Assembly (NCBI RefSeq): GCF_018350175.1
Contig: NC_058368.1
Coordinates: forward strand, 52,576,001-52,640,000
DNA from: Felis catus
Taxonomy: Eukaryota
Direction: 5' to 3'
DNA length: 64,000 bases
Every line of letters starts with the position of its first letter. The stretch's first letter is position 1. The notes under the pieces were generated by a model. That model was not told the DNA's origin and did not search any database. It was given only the letters and a program-made list of their open reading frames with translations. A program made the translations under genes and the position numbers. Below, piece after piece: positions 36,779 to 47,703 of this stretch.

Positions 36779-39060
36779 AGTATCCTGGTTTCGAGCTGAA
36801 CTTTTGTTCAGTTTGGTTCAGTAGTAATTTGGTCCCTCCAGGGCGGTGCAGCATGCTATAATTAAAAAGTCCGTGGGAATATTAGGAAGAAGTTTTGGAG
36901 CTGTCATCCCAGGTACAATTCCAGCAGCCATAAGGAACTCTCTGGCCAGGAAGTCCCAATGCCTCCATTAATAAAGCTATTAATTTTGAAAAGCTTTGAC
37001 AGCTTTAACATCTTTTCTTAAGAAATCAAATCACTCTTCCTTCATCTCCAAAATGCCTTCTTCTTTGTATGTAGTGGCTGCCTCGAGCCTCATGCTACTG
37101 CCTGTTTTAATTTGTCTTTAATATCAGAGGTGCCTTATCGATTTCTTCTGTGTATATTTTCATTCTGAATAATTCAGAGGCATGATTTTTTCCCCATTAT
37201 GGTCAATAGCAGGAGCAAATTTTGAAGATAATCAATGGAGCCCTGACGGACGACTCCTGCTGTTGATATCCCCAGAAGTGAGGGAGGGGGAACAGCAGGG
37301 GATAATATGACCCAACAGTCAATCACAGCGATCAGCAAACGAGCCAACATGGGTTTATGTGAAGAATGGAGATCCATACTGCTGGCCCAAAAGGTCTGCT
37401 AATAGTCTCTCTTTTTACTTTTCATCACACGGCACTCCAGCTGTGCCAGGGAGACCCATGGCCCATTCTCATATACATTTTCTTTTCTACTAATGTCTAA
37501 AAATCATGTTCTAAAGGTGTCATCTTTTAGAGGAATACGTGCATCATTGATGCATCAATTCTTAATGATCTGTTCATATTTTAGCCAAGCCTGTTCCAAA
37601 ATAGGGTAGGGAAACTGGAAAGGTTCCAGGAAATCAGTCTAGGGAATAAATGTCACTTTTTAATTCAGATAATATGGTTGAAATTAATTATCATAGAGCT
37701 GACAGAAACAATGCAAGTTTGTCTAGCTGCCTCTCACCTGCAGGAAGAAAACACTTCCCGTGCCTGTTTTGATGTTGGCCCCCATCCAAGTCTTTGACAC
37801 ACTCAATTTACTACAAAATTGGCAACCTTCTATCTCATAAAGGAATCCAAGTGTAACAATAAATATTGGTCCCTCTGCACAATATGACTAATGTGAGTCA
37901 GAGGAGACCTAATAAGTATCAGATCGTTGGAGTTAATAATTATGGTATTCGGTTTTCAATCTCTTAAGACATTTTCATAAAATCCTGATTTGACAGGATA
38001 TGCTAGAGGCAGGCAGGCTCTTAGGGATGTTGAGATCAGAACAAGTGAGGAAAAGAGGGGGGCCCAGGTTAATGCGAGCAGTTCAATTTCAATTATGTGA
38101 AGTAAATGGTCTTTTTCGGGTCTGATGGTTTTTGAAAACTGTTTGAAGGTCTGGTGTGATTTACATGCAGTTTGCCTTGATTTTTTAAAAAATAAGGGCT
38201 TTCACACTACTCAGTTCAAATATTTGAGAGTAAATTATGATATGCCTGCTTGTTGTAAACAGATACTCCTAAAGTAATTTTTAACAAACAACCAAGCAAT
38301 CCCTAAAGGATTTTTGCTTATAAAATAAAGGCTATCGGGTTAATATTTTTCCAGAGGAGATCCATAAAATTACGAAAACATCTGTAGTTAATTGCTAAAT
38401 GGCTTATAGTTAAATACTACCTCAATGTATGCAAAGTAAAAGAAGAAATTAGAAGTCCTGGTCTAGTTTACCATAGATAACTTATTTATAAATCTCTGTA
38501 ATTTATTATTAATATCCTTATACAATAATCGCTCATGCATACAAACACGGTTAACCTTAAAATGTTATTCTGATTCGCGTTTCTTTACAAAAGAGGTATT
38601 TTGGCTTTAGGAGTCATTAGTCTTAAAGGTTTTTTGAAGACATTAAAGAAGTATCTTGCCACTACATTTTATGGGAAAAAATAACGATTCTTTGTTCACG
38701 ACCTTACTTTATTCATCAATAAACTTCACAGAGAAAAAAATTATCCTCATTAAAAACTACAATTTCCTTGGATTAATTTTAGGGCTAAGGCTGATAATCT
38801 CAAAAAGAAAAGTAAACAATATTCAGGGATAAATTATTTGTAAAATTAGGATTTATTTTGCATATGTCAGCAATGCTTTCCTCCTGCAAATGACAACATC
38901 AGTACTCATCTGCTCACATGGCTTCCCCCAGAACAGGTCATTATCTGCTCTTGTTCTCAAAGGGAGAAGTTACAATGTGGCGGTGACAAAGTCTGAAAGA
39001 ATTATGCGGTGGATCAAGCTGACCTGTTGCATAAAAATGGAGAATAGAAGGAAAAAACTG

Positions 39061-39063
<3 letters not shown>

Positions 39064-39095
<32 letters not shown>
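39064..39095 (+). repeat. (TG)n microsatellite
   Basis: About 16 TG units. Confidence 0.95.
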
Positions 39096-39096
<1 letters not shown>

Positions 39097-39190
39097 TAAA
39101 TGGTTGGTGTCACCTAAGAGCAGCAGATACTTCCCAGAGTTGATTGCTGAGATAATCAATAGTAAACTAGCAAATACAGCCTATTATAAA

Positions 39191-39430
39191 TTTTTTTAAT
39201 GTTTATTTATTCTTGAGACAGAGACAGCGTGTGAACAGGGGAGGGGCAGAGAGAGACGGGGACACAGAATCCAAAGCAGGCTCCTGGCTCCGAGCTGTCG
39301 GCACAGAGCCCGATGCAGGGCTCGAACCCACGAACTGTGAGATCGTGACCTGAGCCGAAGTCGGACGCTTAACCGACTGAGCCACGCAGGCGCCCCGGAC
39401 GCTTAACCGACTGAGCCACGCAGGCGCCCC
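39191..39430 (-). mobile_element. Felid SINE with a tandemly duplicated 34-bp 5' head
   Basis: TSD AAATACAGCCTATTATAAA / AAACACAGCCTATTCTAAA at 39172-39190 and 39431-39449; exact repeat at 39362-39395 and 39396-39429. Confidence 0.97.
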
Positions 39431-39699
39431 AAACACAGCCTATTCTAAAGTAACAGAGTTATTCAAGAAAGCCAAAGTTAGTAGTATAATGCTGTTAGCC
39501 TCTCTTTCTTGGTCAGCTATAAATGTTTTATAGGTTGATATTGAAAGTTGGTATCAATGTTGATATCAAAAGTCTAGATCTGTCTCAGGTTGAAACAGCG
39601 AAGAAAAAGAATTGGCCTGAGGAAGGAGGTGTGGGTTCTAGCATGAGCGCCAGAAGTGTTCCAACCTAGCTACGTGATCTAAGTTGAACGTGGTAATAA

Positions 39700-39890
39700 C
39701 AATAATAAAGGCAGCTACCATTTATTGGGAGTTTGTTTTGAACCACAGATCATCTCATTCAACTTCCAGCAGAACCTTATGAGGCAGGTGCGATTATTAT
39801 TCCCGCCTTGCAGAGGAGGAACTGGGGACAGAGAGGTAAACAATTTGCCTGAAGTCACACCTCTAATAAGTGGCAGAGTCCCCTTTGCCA
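39700..39890 (-). mobile_element. MIR
   Basis: 'gcagctaccatttattgg...atctcattcaacttccagcagaaccttatgaggcaggt...gaggagaactggggacagagaggtaaacaatttgcctgaagtcacac'. Confidence 0.8.
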
Positions 39891-40011
39891 CGATAAACAT
39901 GTGTCCTCTGTACGAACATGGAGGGTGGAGCAAATTGTCACCTTCCACTTCTAAAATCCCTCATTCCTCTTTCTTTTAAAAGCTCTCTTACATCTCTACT
40001 AGTTACTTAAT

Positions 40012-40170
40012 ATTTTTTAATTGAAGTACAGTCGGTGTACAATGTTACATTACTGTCAGGTGCACAACACAGTGATTCAACAAGTGTATACATTGTGTGA
40101 GGTCATCACAAGTGCAGCTACCATCTGTCACCACACGACACCGTTTACTATCCCATTGACTATATTCCCT
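40012..40170 (-). mobile_element. Short carnivore L1 3' end
   Basis: 'ttttaattgaagtacagtcggtgtacaatgttacattactgtcaggtgcacaacacagtgattcaacaag...gctaccatctgtcacc'. Confidence 0.8.
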
Positions 40171-40749
40171 GTCCTCATTCCACATTTTTATATGTACTCC
40201 CAAGCAGAGGATTCCCCGACTTTTTTTGTTGTTTTTTGTTTGTTTGTTTTTTAATGGAGGAGCTACTTTTTTGTTGGCCAAATGCTCCTGGCCATTATGA
40301 AGGAAGGCACATAGGAAAGTCACTGAGAGAAATGAGGGAGGGTCACAACAGCCGGCTCACTGCCCTCCCCTCAGGAATCTCGGCAAGTAGAGCCAGGGGA
40401 CCATGGCAACAGCTGATGATAATGACACCTGCCACAGCTGGGACACATAACCCATTTTAAGTGGCCTCACAAAAGAGATGCAGGGCTACGACAAGGGATA
40501 AGAGTATGTGGTATATCAATAGCTGGGGGACGTGCTTCACTGTAACTTCTTTGCTGGCAATGTCCGTGGCCGAAACTTTCTAACTCACAGCCCAGGCTGT
40601 CTCCTGGCAACATGAGACCGATTTAATGATAATATCTCATATAAAGAACATCTCTGTTCAGAGTAGTTCCACATCTTCAGAAAGTTAATAGGGAGGGCTC
40701 CAGAGCCCTGGTACCTACAAGCTCAGGCAACGTGTTAGTGAGGTCAGGG

Positions 40750-40975
40750 TAGATGTGGTGGGACAAGCATGGGTTTGGGTCAAACCCTTTCTGCCATGGT
40801 TTATGTAGTCTTGGGAAATTTATGTCACCTCTTGGAGCTCTGGTTTTCTCATCTAGAGAAAAGTATAACACCTCATAAGTACATCATCAATATGTACATC
40901 ACCATAAGATGGTTGTGAGGAGATAATGGGCATACAGTGCCTGTCACAAAACAGAAGCTCAATAACGATCAGTTC
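40750..40975 (+). mobile_element. MIR
   Basis: 'tcttgggaaatttatgtcacctcttggagctctggttttctcatct...ggttgtgaggagataa...cagtgcctgtcacaaaacagaagctcaataa'. Confidence 0.75.
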
Positions 40976-41066
40976 TTGTGTTTCGCCTTTTCGCGTTCCC
41001 ATCACAGAGATGCCTCTCTCACTAGGTCATCAGGGGAGATACTACCTTATTTGCTCCGAAGTTGAA

Positions 41067-41392
41067 GTACTTAAGTATTATTTGGATTCCACCTTTAATT
41101 TGGAAAACCTCGGGGTACTATTTTCAATACATCAGTCCTAAGACTTGGAACCCAATTAATACTCGTCCGCTAGAATACTAACTGTGTTGTTACTATTTAA
41201 AGCACACTTCAAAACCACGGGTGAGTTGTCATAAACTTTTTTTTCCCTAATAATCTGCTTTCATCAAATTTGTTTAAGGGGAAGTTACCACCATCCCACA
41301 CTGATGGTACCCGGTATAGTGACGGGGAATATAAAACCCACAGTTAATTGTCTCTTGGTTTGCCCTTTCCATCAGAAGCTGGAGTAAGTCAT
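41067..41392 (+). repeat. Copy 1 of an old ~330-bp direct duplication
   Basis: Collinear with 42038-42385, roughly 75-80% identical by eye. Identical blocks include ATTTAAAGCACACTTCAAAACCAC and ATCAAATTTGTTTAAGGGGAAGT. Confidence 0.93.
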
Positions 41393-41774
41393 TTACTCCA
41401 AAGTTGGACATCCTTACAGAGTGGGAAGCTAGTACCCAAAATCCTGGGTTGAGAGTTGCCAGGGTAAGGGAAAACAAGATCAAGATTCCCATTAGGGGCT
41501 TTAGATTTCTAGTCATTTGTCCAAGCCAGTCCTGGAAGCCTGAACTCATTCTAAACTGCACCATTCAAGGAGTAGACACACACATGCATCCTGGGTCCAG
41601 ATGAGACCCCATGGATCTCTACATACTCATACGATACATCCGGGTCTATATATTTAGGCTTATAGTCATTTAATAGCATAGAGATGCAATGAAGCATTAT
41701 GGATAAAATTTCAACAAAGTAAACGACAGCTTTTTATATGTGCATTCAAGAAAGAAAAATGTATCTCTTATGCA

Positions 41775-41922
41775 NNNNNNNNNNNNNNNNNNNNNNNNNN
41801 NNNNNNNNNNNNNNNNNNNNNNNNNNNNNNNNNNNNNNNNNNNNNNNNNNNNNNNNNNNNNNNNNNNNNNNNNNNNNNNNNNNNNNNNNNNNNNNNNNNN
41901 NNNNNNNNNNNNNNNNNNNNNN
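41775..41922. other. Assembly gap (148 N)
   Basis: N run. Confidence 1.
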
Positions 41923-42037
41923 GAGATGTCTTTCAAATGGAAGCAACAATAGGTATAATCTGTTGGAACGAGTCTACAGACAGAATGAGCATATTTTTGC
42001 TTGGTTATTAACTACAATAAAGTATTTCCACATGGGT

Positions 42038-42385
42038 TATTTAAGGTTTTATTTAGATTTCATCTTTAATTTGGAAAAACCTCAGGGTGCTATTTTCAAT
42101 GAAATGTATCAATCCTAACACTTGGAACCCAATTATTACACTTCAGCTAAATTACTTACTGTGATCTTACCATTTAAAGCACACTTCAAAACCACAAGTG
42201 AGTTATCATAAAAAAGATGTCTTTTCTCAGACATTTTTTTTTTTTACTCATAATCTGCTTTAATCAAATTTGTTTAAGGGGAAGTCACCATCACACATTG
42301 ACAGTATCCAGCACAGTGACAGGAACATAAAACCTACAGCCATTGCTCTTGGGGTGTGTCCTTTCATCAGAAGCAGAGAGTCAAA
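42038..42385 (+). repeat. Copy 2 of the ~330-bp direct duplication
   Basis: See copy 1; carries an extra ~25-bp segment at about 42212-42236. Confidence 0.93.
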
Positions 42386-42779
42386 TGCAGTCTTGCCCTT
42401 CTTCCTAACATGCAGGAGGGATGGTCTGTGAGTAGAAGCGCAAGTTCTTGGATGATCTCATTGGAATTTAGTATATCTTGTTCAACGTTCTTCTGATAGA
42501 ATTGCATGAGATGATTTGTTTCAGACGAGGACGAAAGAGTCAGCCTTCCCCAGGGTGACTTATTTAAAGGCAATGCAGTTAGTATTTTGCACAGAGGAGC
42601 CTTCAGAGCTAGCACAGGCAGCGGTCCCTCTGGTCTGCTGCTTCCGTGCTTCCAAAACAGTCCAGGTCCAGGCTCTATAGGGCCAGGGGGGCGTAGCTCT
42701 TTGCAAACTGGTGAACGCGTCCCAAAGGAAGGGAACAGCCACATAAATTCTAGCTCAGAATAAAAATTGTGCCATGCCA

Positions 42780-43016
42780 GGGACCCCTGGGGGGCTCAGT
42801 GGGTTGAGCATCACTACTTCGGCTCAGGTTGTGATCTCCAGGTCTGTGGGTTCAAGCCCCGTGTGGGGCTCCGTGCTGACAGCTCCGAGCCTGGAGCCTG
42901 CTTGGGATTCTGTGTCTCCCTCTCTCTCTCTGCCCCTCCTCCACTCCTGCTCTTTCTCTCTGTCTCTCTCTGTCTCTCTCTCTCTCTCTCAAAAATAAAT
43001 AAACATTAAAAAACAA
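42780..43016 (+). mobile_element. CanSINE
   Basis: Head, body, CT tract and tail; TSD AAAATTGTGCCATGCCA / AAAACTGTGCCATGCCA. Confidence 0.95.
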
Positions 43017-43837
43017 AAAACTGTGCCATGCCACACAGGTTAGAAGAGGGGAGAGGGGGGAAACAGGAGCCTGCCATCCCCCCAACCCTACTTTTCTTAG
43101 CTTTCTTGATGACTTAGCCTTCCTCTCTATATCTGAAGCTTGGACTCCAGGCAGGTCCAGAGCGGACGTTGCCCGACCCTGGCAACAGTTTCCAAGCTGA
43201 AATTTCCCTTAACGGATGGCTTTCACGCCTATTTTAAAATGCACAGCGCCTCGAGTGGGAAGCGTTTTTAGTTTCTTCTGGGCCCCACAAAGAATGACAA
43301 GCAGCACTTCCTGAGAGCTGGCGGGAAGAGTGGACACTGCTGGAAGAGGCAGGATCCCAGGCTCGGGCCCGCAGGTGGAAGACAATCTCGGTCAGATTCA
43401 CATTTTTGCCCGGGGCCAGATTTGCCTAAAAGCTTCACGCTTCTGCACAGCCCGTCCCCCAGGATCCCCAGCGCACCCAGGGTGAGCATGCTTGTCTCCC
43501 CAGGGTCAGCCCTCCGGGTCCACATCACAAAACCTGCTGATGTGCCGTCCAGCACGCTTCCGCCCTTTGGCCTCTTGTGGATGATGGTTTGGGAGGAGGG
43601 AGGATTGTTGACAACACAGGAAACTTTCAGTTCCTGTGACTAAAACCTGGAAGACTTGTCAACACCTCCCAGAGCTGTCAGAGGAGTCGGACAAGGCAGA
43701 TGGGCAGTGATTCTGGTTAAAATGCTGCTCCTTATTCCAGGGTCAAAAACTTCATTTCTCTGGCTGGAGTTTGGGATTTTAACTACAGAATTGCAAGGGC
43801 ACGTGAAAGGAAACTGTCAGAAATATTAACTGAATAA

Positions 43838-43992
43838 ATAGAGGGATGGATGGAGGCTAGGAAGGAGGGAAGAATGGAAAAATGAAGGGAGGGAGGGACT
43901 GAAGGGAGGAAGGGAGGAATGGAAAAATGGAGGGAGGTGTGGAGAGGGATGGAGGGGGGAGGGAGGCGGGAGGGAGGGAGAAGGAATGGACT
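43838..43992 (+). repeat. GA-rich polypurine low-complexity tract
   Basis: (GGA/GGGA)n with two GAATGGAAAAATG units. Confidence 0.85.
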
Positions 43993-45034
43993 GACTGGAC
44001 GGTCTAGGCATTGCTCTATTTAATTCTCACAATCCTAAGAGGCAAGTGCTGTTGTAACCGTGCTTCATAGATGAGAAAACGGAAACTAATACAAATGAGT
44101 TAATAGTCACATCCCAGTCTTTTTTATTCCAAAATCTTTTTTTAGTAGGTGTCATGCTTACTCTACTCCCATTCCTCACCTACACCAGAAAACTGGAATA
44201 AGCAAAACCCTAATGGGCCAGAATCTGACCCCAGTTGCATTGAAGAGTAAGGATAGGAGGTAAGTAAAAGGCTTAGCCTCTCTGATCACCAGAAAGTCAC
44301 AAAGCACTCCCAGTTGTCCTCTGCATCTTAGCTCGCTACGGTGTAATAAGAACAGCCTGAGGAAATAAGGTACTTGTAATGGTGGTTATTTGTTCAACTT
44401 CTTTAATTTTTTTCCCCCTTACTCTTGATTTAGTCTATTTTAGTCTTAAGCTCATTGAAAGCATTCGGTTTCCGGACAGTACGAGAGAACCTCCCTTACG
44501 GTAGAAGTGGCTTAGATATTTAGAATTCCAGTATCTTTAGCTGGAGAGGAAAGTTGAGGGAGGCAGTGGCAGCACAAGTGGGAAATCAAAACTAGGGTTG
44601 CTGAAAAATTGGAAAATTTAATGTGGAGGGGAAAAAAATAAGAATGTAAAAAGTCGTTTCTGGATCCTTTAGAATGAAGTATAAGGAAGAGTATCTATCA
44701 GACCTTTTCTCCATTTTTTTTATTCAGTCAAACTAAGAGTATGAGATCAAGTTACAGTGGGAGGAATGCAAGTAACTGCATACGTATGCCCCCTTGCCAC
44801 CTGGAAGAGTACTTATGTGTCAAGTTCCTGAGCTACAAGAGCGGTTTCAACCAAGCTGGTCTCTCCAACCAAAGCCCACTTCCTGAAGGGAGTATGGGAT
44901 GCCCGGCAAGAAGGAGCACCAGCTGGCTTGCAGCCTTTACCGGGGTCCCAGGCAACATTCAACAAAGAGGGACACAAGACCGGGATAAACTAAACCCACC
45001 AGACTCTATTGGACATGTCATCGTGCAGGATAGT

Positions 45035-45300
45035 AACAATGGCTGCCGTGTACTGACGGCATCCAGTTAAGACTCTAATGACATCACCTCACCTAATCTT
45101 TACAAAAACCCTATAGACAGGTGCCATTTTTACCCCCACTTAACAGGAAGTTAAAAAAAAAAAGAAAGAAAGAAAAGAAAAGAGAAAAGAAAAAGATCAG
45201 AGAGGTTAAGTAATTTACCCAGGCTTATACCACATGTGGCAAAGTGATTCAAGTCTCTAATTTTCAGGTACTAACATCTAAATCCAAATAACTGACTACT
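45035..45300 (-). mobile_element. MIR interrupted by an A/(AAAAG)n tract
   Basis: 'cctaatctttacaaaaaccctatagacaggtgccatttttacccccactt' [A-rich] 'cagagaggttaagtaatttacccagg'. Confidence 0.7.
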
Positions 45301-45548
45301 CAGTCAACTGAATTTCTTTTCCCTGATATGGACTTAGGAAGAGCAAACCAAATCCAAAGATAACAGGGATTTAACTTTAAAAACAAAATAAAATGCATCT
45401 AACCTGTGTTCTCAGGGCAGCACGGGGTCAGTTGTATTACCTCAGCGTCTCGCTCATTCATTCATTCAGTCCATAGGAATTTATGTTTAGACTGAACAAA
45501 GATCCTGAATAGACAAGTCTATTATATGTTGTATATGCTATGCGTGTG

Positions 45549-45585
45549 TCATATATATATGTATATATATATATATATATATATA
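45549..45585 (+). repeat. (TA)n microsatellite
   Basis: Read directly from the sequence. Confidence 0.9.
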
Positions 45586-47703
45586 CCATAAATTTATTAA
45601 CAATAAATAGGAAAGTTATACAAAATATTTTAAACACAATGCTAAACCAGATTTTTTTTTAACAGGGCAGAGATTTCTGTTTTATCCACAAATCAAATCA
45701 ATTACCATTCTCTAAACATTATCGCTTATTGAGGTTTCACTATAGGGTTTGATGTGTACTTAGATGATTCGCTAATAACAACTAAGAAAATGTCTAACTA
45801 GCTATCAGGAAAGTGCAACCATCTCTAAGCCTCTAATTATTAAAATCCAGTAACATACAAATCAATATCAAGATAGGAAGAGGGAAGAGAGGAAAATCTA
45901 AAGTGTGCCTTGAGAAGACGGCTTCTCTTGGGCTGATGGACAAGTGGTGTCTATTTACTATGCAGCTCATTGGAGAAATGCTTTTGAGGAGTGGAGGATG
46001 TTTGAGGAAATACAGCTGGCCACTAGCCAGCTATGATACTGCTTCCGGTCCACACATCAGATTAGAATAACCCAGCTCCTTCGGAGGAGCCCAGGGAGGA
46101 ATTCCTGGAAATGGCAAAGCATATCAGATTTCACATTATCCAACAACATAAAATGATGTATTAACATTCTCCCTGAATTGAAAATATGTATTGATCGCTT
46201 TAAATCTTAGGTAATTTAACTAGGTTATATTTGCATTATGCACTATAAAATAAACATTTCCAGTTATTTCTGCTCCTATCATGCGCTGAGTATTTTGTCT
46301 AAAATATTTCTGCATTGCCTGAATTTATGGTATAAACTGAGATGGTACAAGTCAACCAAAGTTAGTCATCAAATATTTAGGTGTGTTAAATACTACAGTT
46401 ATTCACAGAGCCCAAAATAATTTTTAAAATGGGACTGTGTCTGATAGTAATATAAAATTGAGAGAAATGCATGAATGATTCTGTGCCATCTAATAACTAA
46501 GATGAGGCCGGTGTTATGTAAAAGAAACAAGAAAAATGTTCTGCATAAATGTCAAGGTGAAAAATGACAGGAGACGAGAAGAGAGAGGCAGTGTCTGATG
46601 GGCTTAGCTGTGATGCTGAAGACTGGGCTTTCTGGCGGTAAGATTTACATTTCGAATAGGCTGCTGTGCTGCAGGGTGGCGGCTGGCTTAGAGGGGAGCG
46701 AGACTGGAGAGAGAGTCTAGTCAAGAGAGGAAGGCAATGGTCTGGTGGAAACCTGAGGAGACTGAACTAGGTGAAGCCAGGGGATATTCATCTTTGCATC
46801 CCCAGTGCCTGGTATAGTTCCTGGTACACAGAACGTGCTCAAATAATATTTATTAATTTAGCTAAATTTATTTTCCTCACCACATCGCAACAAAACCTCC
46901 ATCTCCTGGCTTTAAAACCGCATTTCTAGTGACTATTATAATGCATACTGAGGTTCTAGACAATTCCACAAATACGTCATATAAAAAAAAAGCACATTTA
47001 TGAATGTTGCTAAAAATTAACTGGATAATCTGCTTAACATGATCATAATTCATTCCACAAACATTTATTGATCCTTTCCACACTTTGCTTTTCCTGGACC
47101 ACAGGGATGTGGATAAAAATACGGATTTTAAAGGATTGTTTCAATGCTCATTGCAACAACAACAGCAACGAAAACTAAAGCCAGATGGCCAATTAACTAA
47201 GCAATCCTTCGTGCCGGAAATAAGCAAACCTACAGCTGTCATTGCCTATAAAAGTTCATATACCTTGTTGGGCACATGGAATGCACACAATAAATAATTG
47301 TAGATTGAAAAAACAAGGCTCTGCCAGAAATTTTTTTTTTAACAAAGTGTGATCGACAGCTCAAGTAAATGTACGCTAATCTCATGCTATTGTGCAGCCT
47401 CACACCTGGCAGTCCTGCATCCTGGAAGCTCAGTTATCCAGAAGGGAAAGCACCACGATACGAAAAGACTTCTACACCAACAAATAAACATCAAAAATGC
47501 CAAGTCAGACTGGAAGGGCTCTAGTCCAGGCACTGCCACTCAGAAGCTATTTTTCACACGAGCTACTTAGTCCTCTGGAGCATGTCTTCAACTGCACCCT
47601 AACTTCAGAGGCTATGATTGGGGCTAGTGTTAATACAAGTACCTAGAAATTGCTGACACATGATAAGCTCTCCATGGAAAGTGATTAGAATAGTGTTATA
47701 AGC

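Noticed and set aside
41067-42385. The duplication as a haplotype or assembly artefact across the 148-N gap
   Set aside because: The copies are about 20% diverged with indels, far beyond allelic divergence, and neither directly abuts the gap.
46074-46110. Small hairpins (GCTCCT-tcgg-AGGAGC here; GGTCCC-ttt-GGGACC at about 17952)
   Set aside because: 6-bp stems are expected by chance in 64 kb; no miRNA or snoRNA context.
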